Notes under the pieces: model-generated
The model's input: the letters and a program-made list of their open reading frames with translations, nothing else
What the model was told of the DNA's origin: nothing
The model's database searches: none
Assembly (NCBI GenBank): GCA_024704765.1
Contig: JAKMXF010000088.1
Span: forward strand, 682,001-746,000
Length of the DNA stretch: 64,000 nt
DNA from: Oopsacas minuta
Lineage: Eukaryota; Animalia; Porifera
Direction: 5' to 3'
Part shown: positions 11,201 through 24,900 of the stretch, piece by piece
How positions within the stretch are numbered: position 1 is the stretch's first letter
How the letters are laid out: the number at the start of each line of letters is the position of its first letter
Position numbers and translations under genes: made by a program

Positions 11201-13912
11201 TTTGTAGGTGATAGAATCTGGAAATCTCAGTCTAACATTACCAATGGCCTCCAAAATGCCACACAACATACCAAAAAGTGGAAAAGTGGTTTCTAAGCCA
11301 CTTAAAGTTGTCGTGCCAAACACAAAAGCTGTCACAATGGTAAGTTATATTATTGTTTACATTCTGCTGTCATATTAACACACATTCCTTAAGGCCACTA
11401 CCGTTGCCAAGATAACAGGAGCTCTTAATCAACCAATGATAATGGCTAACAGTCATCTACATACACCCAATATTAACATGCAAACACCTAGAGACATGGT
11501 GTTCACTAATGACAATATCGACCTCTTTGGTCCCGCTACTTATACGCCATTTGGACTAGGGAATAACACTTTTGCAGGTAACTATAATTAGTTTCAGTTC
11601 TTATAGAGAATACCAATGTTAACACATTCCGTGAACTCATCCATATTCCCCTACTGCCTAACCTAATAAAGTGTTAAACTGTGACACTTGAGCCCATTAT
11701 TTGTAGAGATACCGTAGTAATTATCCCGATCCCTTGAGCTTCTGTATATCTAATTTTAGCACATGAGGATAGAGATACTATCCCGTTATCTCGAGTAGAT
11801 GTACAGAAACATATCAAGTTGGATCCAGACAATATAGACCACTCAACTCCTGAGGAACCAGATTATCAGTCAGCTGATGAGGATGATAGCCCTCTGGATA
11901 ATCAGGTATGACATATATGGATACTATTATGACACAAACAGACACATTTTTTTCCAATTTTGAAATATGCTTTTGAAAATTTGGTGTTTCACAAGGTGTT
12001 AAGATTTGTGGACACAATCTGCCACTTTCGAGGAAATAAGTGAATATTTTCACACATTCTAACGTATATTTATATTACCCTTAACACTTATATTTGATTT
12101 AGGAACCAGATGGTTCTAATTCCGATTTCATTCAGATATCTGATATAGCATTCAACGATGAGACCACATCCTTAGGGAATAGACCAATTACGCATTCTCT
12201 CCTAGGACCAGTTCATTTAAGTGAGGCGTTAGGGCGCGCTTCCGGTGACACAATTATGTCACCTGTGTCACATGACCAGTTATTAACAGATCTGAGTCCT
12301 GGACACAATACAGACAGTATGTCTACTGATTTAAGAATTAATACACCACTATCTACTGTGAGTTAAGTTTAGCTATACGCTGGGTAGATTCTCACCTGAC
12401 GTAATCGAATTATTGTGGGGGAGTCTGATTTCTATGTTTTGTATCGAATAATTTCAGACCCTGGGACGCCATGGGAGACGTGAAGGAGCTAATGATGTGG
12501 GTAGAGTACTGTACTTAATGCAATAGCTATAGCAGAGGTTCTCAAACTGTTCATTCCTCCAATACTAATGTAACTCATTCTGTGGAGCCCTGTGGTCTTC
12601 CGTGGACGTCCAAGGGGGGTCTATGGATCCTAAAGCTACATAAAAATTGGACAGAGATCCGAGTTGTACTCCCAATCTGTTGGTTGAACCTTTTTGACAT
12701 TTTCATGGGAATATTTCATTTGAAAAGAATTTCAGAGACTCTTCATATGTCCAAAAAATAGTGTCGGGGGGACAATTGATATTTAATAATATAGATTATG
12801 TCAGATAGTACAGGTGTTTGGTGGTTGTTCATACAACTAGCAAAAGTGCTTTGTAATTTTGTAATTTTCCCGTAATTTCCCTTAATTCTTATGCAAGAAA
12901 TATTAGTAATGATATAAAGGATTCTAAATTTAGATATTCATTCGTTGTAAAGCATACAGGTGTTAGTTCCAGATATAGTTCCAATTATATGTTTTTCAAG
13001 AGAATAACGGGTCCTGTCCGTTAATAGCAGACACTTAAAGCATGCAAGTGGTAGTTTCAATTTACTTTTTTACGAACAATAAATATACAATAAAACATAC
13101 GGGGGCCCTTTTCATATGCACAGCCTCTTAAATAGCTGTCAAAATGTGTCCAAATTGTGTCGCCTTATTAACACTTTGTGTGTATTATGTGTTCTATGTG
13201 TTCTATTTTCAGCCTGCTAGAAGGAGCAAGAAAGCACACATTCCTGGTATAAACGATTCTACCCGATCTGCTCTACAAACTAAATTGAACTCTAATTCTG
13301 TCATCAATGGCACTCATTCCCTTATTGCTCCCACACAACAACAAGGCAACCCCACTCTCTCATTCATGAACCCTCAACACCTACAGGTAAACAAATAAAT
13401 AAACAAGCAAGCAAACTAATATGCAAACAAATAGACAAACTAACAAGTAAATACACAAACAAACAAACAAACAAACACCCTTATTTACTTTATAAGTACC
13501 CTATTTCAACAGATGAATTATTATCAACACATTCCAAACATAACTCAAGGATTAGGAGCAGCTTTCTATTCACCCTCTGAGTACCTAAACAAACCTCCTA
13601 GCGAGTTCCCCATCGGTTCAATACGCCTAATAGACCCCTCACTCCTCCGTCAACAACAACAAACCATATCAACTGATAGAGAGCTTGACATGCCGAGCAT
13701 GCAATCACCCTCCTCAAGTATAGATTATACTGAGATTGATGGAAGTAATAAGAGGTAAGCATTCCTTTAATGTTGCTTAGCAACCATGAAATATGCCTAT
13801 ACAATACTACTGCTGTATTATTCGTAGATCATTTGAACAAAGCTCTGTCGATGAATTGAATATTGAAACAACACCAATGAAAAAGCAACACCTCCTCCAA
13901 GCAGATATGTGA
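8258..13912 (+). CDS. MEF2: MEF2 MADS-box transcription factor, about 12 exons
   Basis: Exon 1 8258-8311 (MGRKKIAIERIHDNRNRQ) and exon 2 8908-9111 (ITFMKRKLGL..AYQLSVLCDC..LFQYSSTDM) reproduce the conserved 54+204 nt exon sizes. Later exons carry KPLKVVVP (cf. KPDLRVVIP) and HIKLDP (cf. IKSEP). Exons 11394-11577, 11799-11905, 12103-12357, 13213-13386, 13513-13754 and 13828-13912 splice in phase. Confidence 0.9.
10092..10214 (+). repeat. 48-bp tandem repeat (about 2.6 copies) in a MEF2 intron
   Basis: AACGAGGTAACCATGGAAACTGGGACATA.TGGGTGTAGCCAAATACC at 10092 and 10140, partial at 10188. Confidence 0.9.
12533..12630 (+). mobile_element. hAT-like non-autonomous element fragment (family B)
   Basis: Starts CAGAGGTTCTCAAAC. 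The internal motif GTGG.CTTCCGTGGAC...GGGGTC recurs (either strand) near 19129-19181, 29821-29890, 46586-46630 and 59420-59540. CAG.GGTTCCCAAC-type ends are typical of hAT TIRs. Confidence 0.5.
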
Positions 13913-14668
13913 CTACAGGGGGCCAAGAGAGGATTTAGAATGCCTCCCTCTATATAGGATGTGGTTTTTATTGTTGTTTGTATTTATGTGTTATTCTTAT
14001 AAAATAACTCGTATATTAAACTTGTTTTCATTTTGATATATTTGTTTACTATTTTAAAACTACTGTTGATGACGCAGCATATGGAAATTCTTTGACATTT
14101 CGAAATTTTTTGTAAATAATGTAAGAGGACACAATTTCCACTTATTTACCAGAAGTGTTTTTGTGAAAACTCGCAACTTTTCTCGAAAATTCCATTCTAA
14201 CTAATCTCATGTTTGAACGGTTTAATATGGAACTAATTTGTGTCACATTATGGCAGAATATACACATTGGAACTTGTCAATATCTCTCAAACAATATTAA
14301 AGTTATATGAACCTAAGATTTCTAAGGAATGCAGCTTAGATCATAATTTGGTTGTCATGGTTACCTAATGGAATTCTGCTACAAATTCCGTATTTCTAAG
14401 TTTCTGCTATTTTACGTAATCCGCCACTTTGGCTTCTGACCAATCAAATAGCTCACTTTTGCTATAAAAATGCGAATTATGTATTCAGACTGAAATACAT
14501 ATTTTCAAGTTTTTGGTTGCTATGGAAATTGATCGGAATGTAAGTCCATATTTGCGAGTTAACGCGAGTAAAGTAGCTGTTTGATTGGTCGAATTATTTA
14601 ATTATTTTCCAGTAAATATTTACAAAATTTTATATTTTCAATTTAGATTTTTCAGAAAATATTAAGAA

Positions 14669-17600
14669 ATGACTTTAAAAGAAAAGGTATTTATGCCACT
14701 TACGAGGTGTCAAAATGGCATAAATTACAACACTTATTTCTGGTTGGACTAAAAAAATAATTTACTAAAAATTGTGTCGCTTTAGTGGCATAAAGTGGCA
14801 CAAATTTCCGCTTATAATTTTTCTCAAAATGACCATTTCTAATTTGACCAATCAATTCATTATACACCCTCTTGTATATTATATGAATTCTATTTTTAGA
14901 ACTCAGGCCCACCAGCTGATTTTTTTGAATCCCCGCTCAAAACTGGGTGGCTGACTAAGCTAGGAGGAACAGGACTCACTGCTAATTGGAGGAGGAGATA
15001 TGTAGTCCTGGACCATCATTATATGTTCTACTACAAAACTGATAAGGTGTTATACAATATTCATATACATATGTTAAAAACTGAAAAATGTCCGATTCCA
15101 GCACATTCTGTTACCCTCTGCTGTCCTCACTGGGCCACCAAGGTGTAGAACCGTTGCCCTATCGTGTGACACTTTTCGAGAGCAATTCCCAGTGGTTTAG
15201 GTTGTCTTCTGCCACATTTATGGTACAATGAAGTGTCCTTAATTAATATTTTGTATTTTAGGATAGAGCTCCAGCTGGTATTGTGTGTCTACCTGAATAT
15301 GATATCGTTGCTAGGGCAGACGCTAAGGAATGTAAGAAACCAAATGCATTTGTTATTACTTCTAGTAGTAATATTGTAAGTTATGTTATGAGTAAACAAA
15401 CACACAAACAAACAAACAAACAAACAAACAAACAAACAAACACAAGCAAATAAATAGATAGACAAACACGAATACGTATATGCAGCTATACAAACCATAG
15501 ACATACAAACAAACAAGTAAATATACAGATAGACAAACAACTATATTAACATAGGCGCCATCGTCCCAATCTGATCACAAGAGAGCATATTACATGTACA
15601 CGGATACAGATGAGGAATGTGCCTCTTGGATTACAGCTGTTGAGACTCAAATGATAGCTATTGTAGATCCTAAACAGAAAGACTACTTCACAGAAACTTA
15701 CAATAGAGCACATTCCTATGACAAGAATTGTTACCAAGATTATCATTTTGATGACGTAAGTATTATCTATAGCTAGAAAAGATTTTACGTGGTTATTCAT
15801 ATTTTCACACCTTTAGTTGGCCACAATTGTTGAAGATGTTCCCAAATTGGAACATGTAACTGCAAATAGACCCAAGAAGCCACATACCAGAGCTCCATCC
15901 AGAGGGCATAAGGATTATGTCACATTTGATGAAGATGATGTAACCGTATGTGACACAATTTTGACACCTTAGTGTTTGAACGTTTGATAGTTTAACTGTT
16001 TGTTTACCTGTTTAGACGTTTTCACCAGTTTCAGATATGGATGTAACGAAAAAAATAGAGAAAAGAAATTTCAAAAAAGTGGCACCTCCTAATATTAAAC
16101 CCATGAAACCACCTGGCGACACCTCTGTTCTACAAGGTTGTTTACTATATTAATACATATTTTGCGGTGGAATTGATTGTTATGTTACTATTTTTAGAAC
16201 GTCCGATCATTACCAAACCAAAACCTACTGTTAAACCGAGTTTTTGGAAGAACCATTCAGCAGGTTTGAATATTTGTTTGTGTAAAATAGTAAACAAAGC
16301 TTTACGTATGTAAACTTGTAAACAAACTAGTAAACAACCGTTTTTTCAGGTTCCATATCAACACCTCCTGCCAAGAAACAGCATGCACCTGGAATATCAG
16401 CTGATACACTACCCATAGATGAGACTAAATTTCCTGAGGATACAGATCTCTCGCCTGTGAGTTCAGATACCCCGCCTAAACCTACTGAGACCGTAGAATA
16501 CGCGCCAAAACCAACTCCAAGACGGAAAGGTGACAATTATAAATATTCTTATTTTACCGTCAATTCACGTTTTATGGAAATACCCGAGTTTGTTCAAATT
16601 GACTTTTATGTAAATGCGACACTTTAATCCACTATTATTACGATTTGATGATTCATTGAACTTTAAATTGGAACTATGAATATATGTATAGTTCCAGTAG
16701 GTGTTAGTTCCATTATATACAGATATTTATATGAATATTATTTAGGTAATAGTATTGTTGTTTGTATTTACAACATTCTTTGGGATCGCAATATCATACT
16801 TTGTTTTTGTTTGTTTATTTTGTATTTTATTATTTCTAAATATTTGTAAATACTATTTCACACTTCATTTTACAACTTTTTCATTTGTTATATTAATTAA
16901 ATAGTTTGTTTGTTTGTTTGTTTGTTTACTTGTGTAGAAAGGGTTAGGATAATATTATATATTTATAACACTATATTAACAGAATAATCCAATTATTTAG
17001 CTCCATCTATACCAGTAACAAAAGAAGAAATTTCCTACATCGTCTTGCCCTCTCCTCCTCCCGAATACGCACCCGAGGCAATAGAGGAGGACCCCTCACA
17101 CCCTGAGGAACATCATCCACACTCTGAGGAACATCATCCACACCCAGAGGAAGAACATCTACACCCAGAGGAATATCCAGATCTTGATAGGAATTCTCAT
17201 AGTTCGAATTCCAATCGATCATCTGTTGTGTCTATCCCAGAAATTGGTAATAATGAGGATCATGATTACTCTAAGTTAAAATCTATTAACAGGTACGTTA
17301 TTCATAATTCGATTAGCTGTCAGGGTCCTAAATGTATGCGCCCTAAACCAATAGGTGTTATAATATGTATATACATATACCGCTAATTTAACCAATAGAA
17401 TCTCAGCTATGTCAGAGAGTTATTATTATTATTATTATTATTATTGTTGTTTACTACTTTTTAGAGACTCTTTGTCAAGTACAGATTCCTCTAACAATTC
17501 GGAAAGTGTTTACCAAATCCCCAATAACGATCCTATCTACCAAATCCCAACCAATAAACCTGTCAACTCCAATACTAATGAAAATGAATACAATAAGGTA

Positions 17601-18969
17601 AACAATACAGTGGAAACTCGTTAATATGACACTAACAGACGGTTGGTTCGATTTGTCAGGGCAAACGGACCATCTGTCTGTTGGTGTCATATTAACGATT
17701 TGACGGTTCCCTTTTTGTCCATATTTACAGGGGTCTATTGTATCAGGTACCCCTTCATAAGCTACACTCGGTTGGACACTCAATCAGTCCTACACCTAAA
17801 CAGTCCCTGGATGGTACCAGCTATTCTGATCTCGTCACAGGGTATTTTTGTTCCTCTCCCCATCCTAGCACTCCTCCTATATCCCCTATGCCACAGCATC
17901 ATCAACAGCTAAGCAGGTATTTCCATGTAGATATATGCAGAAGTGTTACAATATGGAACTATGATTTTATAGTTCCATTTCAATGAATATTCCTTCGGTT
18001 AATACTCCAAGAAGTGAACATATTATCGCATAGAGTATTTAGTTCCATATTATAACACCTTATACTCCTACATTACAGGAACTAAAATAATATGTATCTA
18101 ACCTCATAGGAACCACATAAGGTCACTCTCAGTACCCAGAGAATATATTGTTAAGAAATCTGATAACTATGGTGAGGGAATTATACAGAGAAGTTCTTCT
18201 ACAAATTCTGATAGTTCCAGACCCGAGAGTAGTCCCAATATACAGGTTTGTTGGACAGTGAATGGGGCAGTTGTGTACCCTAAGGGGAACAGGGATCCCC
18301 TGTCCTGCCCCCTCATGGTATTATAGTCAACTGGCGCCATTTATGCCACTGAATCTTCTACTTTTTTGTAAATTTATGAAAGGTGTTAGTAAATATTTTC
18401 ACCAAATTAATCGAAACTAATAAAGTGTTGCTCCAATTAACTGATGGTTACTGTACATATTCTATTCTTAGATAGACCAAGAGGCCTCAGAACGAATTCT
18501 AAAACAGATAAAGGAACTAGAGGAACAGTTATTAAGTCTCACAAAAAGTTCTCTCTCAAGACAGTCCCTATCCCCTAATTACAACTCATCTAATTCTCTC
18601 TCTCAAGTTATGCATACCGATGCACAAAGATTGATAGATAACATGAGGTGATTTATTGTGACACTGTTTACTACTTGGTTCTTTATCTTAATTGTACTTC
18701 TAACTGGGAACAGTTGGTTAGTATATACTCTGGTACCAATTTTTCACACCATGATCAGCGTAATATTGATCTTATGTGAAAAGAGTATGCGTATAATTTG
18801 TTCTATTTTTAGAAGTGTGGTATTCGAAGCTATAAGTTTCCACAAACAGTCAGCTGATGAGCTACAATTAGCCAAAACGGAAAAACGAATCGCCGAAGAG
18901 GAACGCAACAATCTGCGTAAAATAATGGCAACACTTCATCAACAAACAGAGCCTTCTAACACCTATTAG
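14669..18969 (+). CDS. PH-domain adaptor with CPI motif, Pro/Tyr-rich middle and C-terminal coiled coil (CKIP-1/PLEKHO-like architecture), multi-exon
   Basis: Exon 14669-14686 joined to 14900-15046 gives PLKTGWLTKLGGTGLTANWRRRYVVL; later ECASWITAV completes the PH domain; LEHVTANRPKKPHTRAP at 15847-15897; last exon ends TEPSNTY* at 18969. Middle exon boundaries are approximate. Confidence 0.78.
17619..17697. repeat. Intronic foldback (perfect 14-bp outer stem plus inner stem), probable MITE remnant
   Basis: CGTTAATATGACAC 17619-17632 pairs with GTGTCATATTAACG 17684-17697; preceded by TA-CAGTGGAAACTCG (Tc1/pogo-like end). Confidence 0.6.
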
Positions 18970-20440
18970 TTGATGATATTTTATTTATCATTTTCTATTT
19001 TTACATTGCTGTAAACAATTTTATCTGCTGGTTGTTGTTTTGTTTATTTTGTATAGTTGTATATTTATAATATTATTTCGGCTTTATTGAGATATTTATA
19101 ACCTCACCCCTGGGTGTCAAATGGTGTGTGGATCCCCTGCTGTCTTCCGTGGACCACCAGGCCCAGGTTGTGAATCGCTGCAAAAGTTTATGAATTTGAA
19201 TTTTCGTATTATAAATCAACATTAAATTCCTCTAATTTCTGACAGTTTAAACCATTAAAATATTCGTATAAACAATTCACTGAATATGGAAGTAATTTCT
19301 AAGAAATTCTACTGATCATAGACATATTTCCTTTCAGTACTATCACCATGTTGTTGGTTCCATTTCTAAGAAACCTGACCTAGCTAATTGAAACTATACA
19401 TTTGAATGAATCTATTCATGAAACCAATCCATGGTTATGATGAAATCATAGTAGCGCATGGCTAATCAAATTCTAATGCTATAAGGAAAAACGTCTTGAC
19501 CACCCTCATTTTCATCACTTTTATTTATGTTTTGTGAGGTGTTTGTGGCAATTTTGTGAAAATTTTTTGTCAGGTTTTCGAGAGGGCTATACGGAGATCA
19601 TAGGTGTGAAAAATTTAACGGCTAGCTCGAGTGGAAATGGGGCAAAATAGTGTTTTTTTATATGTCATATATTTTGATTTTTATATATGAATATGCTTGT
19701 ATGTTTATAAGCTATATAAGCTGTATCAGTATATGAGTTTTTCCAGTCTATAGTTCTATTCCAAAGTAAATTTAGTTCCAACTCAGATTTTGGTGAGTTA
19801 TGCATCCACTTTTTTTCGAGTTTTTTCGAGTTTGTTTTTCGGAGGGATTGTTGGTATTTTTTTTTGATTTTTGTTGTTTGTTTGTTGATGAATTTAATTG
19901 ATTTGTTAGTGACGATATTTTCTGGATAATCTTAGCGGTTTTTTGTTTGGCAACTTATAAAATTCACATAAATTCGCCTCTTCTTAATTTTGGAGAAAAA
20001 ATGTGAAAGTTTGGATCACAAAATAGTGAACTTCCTTTCAAAACATTTTATCATTCTCTAAACATAATTTTCCGCCTTCTACGATATACCAAAGTCACTT
20101 TCCATCAATTTTTTCTCAGAAAAATGGATTTTTCCCTTGGAAAAACACATTTTTCTTATTTTCCAAAAGATTTTACATGATTTCGACCAATTTTTCTTGG
20201 ACAAAACTCTTCCCAGATTACTTTTGAAGACACCAACGCTTCCAAAATCGATGATTTCCTTCAAAAATCGCTTAAAAATTGAATTTTCACCCAACAACTC
20301 TAGAAATAGTATCAATCGGTATAACACATATTTGCCTCCCGAAATATACATTTTTTGGCGTTTTTTTCAGATTTATTTTTGACAAATTTGACTTTGCTAA
20401 AACTTACAAATTTTCTAAAAATACTTTTTCTAATCTTTAA

Positions 20441-21502
<1,062 letters not shown>

Positions 21503-21999
21503 ATAAATATTAGTTATATACATCAAACATTCATAATCTACTCTTCTGTTGCTATAGTAACAGGGTACTTATATAGTATGTGGACGTGGTAATTAGTTCT
21601 TGTTTCAACTAATAATTCTAGTACTGTATTCATGTGTACTCTTGTGTCTTGTTTTGCTATACTAACTATATATTAATACATAATATGCTAATTGGAGTAT
21701 TCGAGACCCTCTGGTGACAGCAGGGGGTACAGAGGATCTCAAAATTTGTATTACAGTCTATGGGAGAGGGTCCACATAATGTGATAAATTGGAATAGAGA
21801 GTCCACGGGTGGAACAGCTGTTCTAAATTTGAGGTGATTTTTGCGATTGTTCCTCTATTTTGAGGGGCCCAAATGCGTCCCCTCGCCCCCTGGTATTGTC
21901 ACATTAATCTAATGCATATATACATATACTTGACACCTTATGGAGATATATAGAAATATCTGTTCATTGTTATTTCTATTTGTTTGTTACTAAAATAGA

Positions 22000-24900
22000 A
22001 TGTCAAATAACTGTAAAATATTATATGAAGGCTATTTAGAAAAGAAAGAGAAAAAGGTGAGATTTATAGGTGTTAAATGTTATTAATCATATATTTGGAG
22101 GGCAGATAGGTTCCCTAGAGATATTTCTCTTTCTCAGGAATGTTGTGTTAATGTTAACAGCAAATACTTGACATATGACACAATTAACTATAAATAAATA
22201 CAACAAGTGATTAGAGAATAGTTCATATGATTATTTGATTGTTGTTTGTTGTTGATTTGCTTGTTTATATTTCGTTTTCTTCTAATGTCAACATCGATTC
22301 TAGAGATCTTTTGAAGTTCGCAATCCCTTCCTGTTTTGAATATGAAATGATTTTTTTTTGCAAGTTTTTTATTTCGTTGTCGATATCCGTTTGTAAGTCT
22401 TCCTTCTCTTTTTGATGTTTTTTGCTCAATTCTGTGGATTTTTGTTTGAAGTCTTGAGCTGTTGACACGATACTTTTGAAGGTGTTACTTGTTCGTTGTC
22501 TTGTCTGTTGTGTCATCTAGATGTGATATATATATATTATAGAACTATTGATTGCGTCCTGTGCTCCCTATAAGGAATCAGGATTTCTCGTGGAAATTCG
22601 CCTGTATCACCGTTAGATGTGTTGGCCCCGAATGTTAGAGGGAACACTGAATGTGTTATAAACTTTGTCTCAGGAATGAGGATAGGGATTCATACACCAT
22701 ACTTATGGATTTGACCTATGAACACGCCCCGGGAGTGAGGTTATCGAAAGGTGTCAAATCCCTAAACTATATCTGGACGGCGTGACAATACCTTACTTTA
22801 TGATAATGTTTGAAAACATTTAGCAGCTGTTCTTCACTTTCTGTCGCCTTCTTGATGTCCTCTTGAAACTCATCATTCAGTTTCTTAATCTAAAAATAGA
22901 ACAGGAGACTCTGCTTAATAGAGACATATTTCTAGTAATTTAATTATACTAAAGCCCCGTCATGAATCATACACGTGATTTCAACGGACGAAAATGCAAA
23001 GAAGTGATTGTGCCACTATAAATTGTGGCATAAGGTGTTACAAGTGGCGGTTCTAGGGAGCAAACGAACATTTTCCCTGGTTTGAAAATCCTGCCCCCTG
23101 GTATATCAGATCCTGTTACCCTTTATGTTACTATAAATAGAAACCTTGAGACAGAAATCTTGGGTCAACTTGCTTCTGTCTGTCTCCTGCTTAGCATATA
23201 CCTCATCAATTTTCTTCCGAGTATACTCACTCGATGTCTTTGAGTATATTTCATATTTCTTCTTTTTAGCTGACATAGTTTTTGTCACGTCTGCTTTGAG
23301 GTTAGCGAATATGTCGCTAAAATCCCCGCCCAGCTCTGGGATATCGAATTCATTGTCAGTGGCTAGCGGTCTTTTCCTTGTATTCGGGGATTTTTCTGTT
23401 GTCTCAATATTCGGCGACATTTCATCTGTGTCCCATGAAACTTGTTTGTTTATGTTTTCTGGGAGGTTTAAGGACAAATTTGTTGTGTTGTCCTTTGTTT
23501 GTTTGGATTTTTTGTCACCTTTGAATGTTTGTCTGTTCATATTTGTTTGTTTGTTTATTATGTAAACAAACTTGCAATTAATATATTTTCTAACTTTTAA
23601 CTCACTCCTATTTATAGTTTTTCATAACCAGATTCCATAAATGAATTACAGATGTCAATTTTGAATTACATTTTAGACAAATCTTAAGGTGTCAAAAGTA
23701 TATATTAAAAGTGTATTTTTCACACCTTAAGATTATCAGGGAGCTGTTGTCTATTAATTATAATTGTACCAGTTGGAAACTTGTTTCAGCTCCACCACCT
23801 ACAAAACCTGTCACATGAATAACTACACAATATATTTACTAACTAACGGGTGAATAGTAGTAACAGACCTCCTTTAACACGATTAATTAACACATTTACA
23901 AGTAGAGTCATTGGAATATTTCCATGAATTGGACACTATAATTACGTCATAAATAATGAGATAGGAATTGGCCGCTCGCCTGCATGCTTTGATGGACATA
24001 ATGTGTAGCTGAAGTATGTTTATTTATTTATTTATTCATTATTTTAGTGGGAAGCATTTTGGGTGAGATTAATCGACTCTCGTCTTTATTTCTATCAAGA
24101 AAAATATGTACCAACACAACAGGTAAATAACAACATTTACAAGGTGTTTATAACTGCACATATATATAATCTCATCGGACAGCAAGACTGACACAATTAT
24201 GTAAACATGTCATTATATGAATAAACTATTTTAACACCTCTATTCATAGTATCATGGATTTTTGGAGCTATCAGGGGCATGCCAATGTTCCACTCATAAA
24301 TCCAAGAAAAGCAAATATCAATTCAAAATCAAAACAGAAAAAGGAGTATTCTTATTTCAGGTATATGTATATATTCACACCTTTTGATGAGTTATTTATA
24401 GTAACAATGTGTTATAGACAATTACAGAAGATGAACGTACTTCCTGGATGGCAAATATTCTATTAGCAAGAGATGTAAGATTTGTTTGTTTGTTTGTTTG
24501 TTTTTGTTTGTTTGTTAGTTTGTTTGTTTATTTGTTTATTTGTTAGTTGTTTGTTTATTTGTTTGTTTATTTGTTTGTTTGTTTGTTTGTTTGTTTGTTT
24601 GTTTGTTTGTTTGTTTGTTTGTTTGTTAGTTTGTTTGTTTGTTAGTTAGTTAGTTAGTTTGTTTGTTTAATTGCTTGTTTGTCTGTCAATTAGTTTGCCT
24701 GTTTGTTTATTTATTTGTTTATTTATTTGTTTGTTAGTTAGTTAGTTTATTTATTTGTTTGTTAGTTTGTTTGTTAGTTTGTTTTTTTAGAGAAAAGTTA
24801 GAAGTATATCAACAGGAAATCTATCCAATCCCTCTAATTCTAATAAACATTCCGAAGGACCAATTTGGATGCGTAGGAGACCATCTTCTGCAACTGGCGT

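Noticed and set aside
17619-17697. Hairpin as miRNA precursor
   Set aside because: Preceded by a TA-CAGT transposon-like end; more simply a MITE remnant without small-RNA data.
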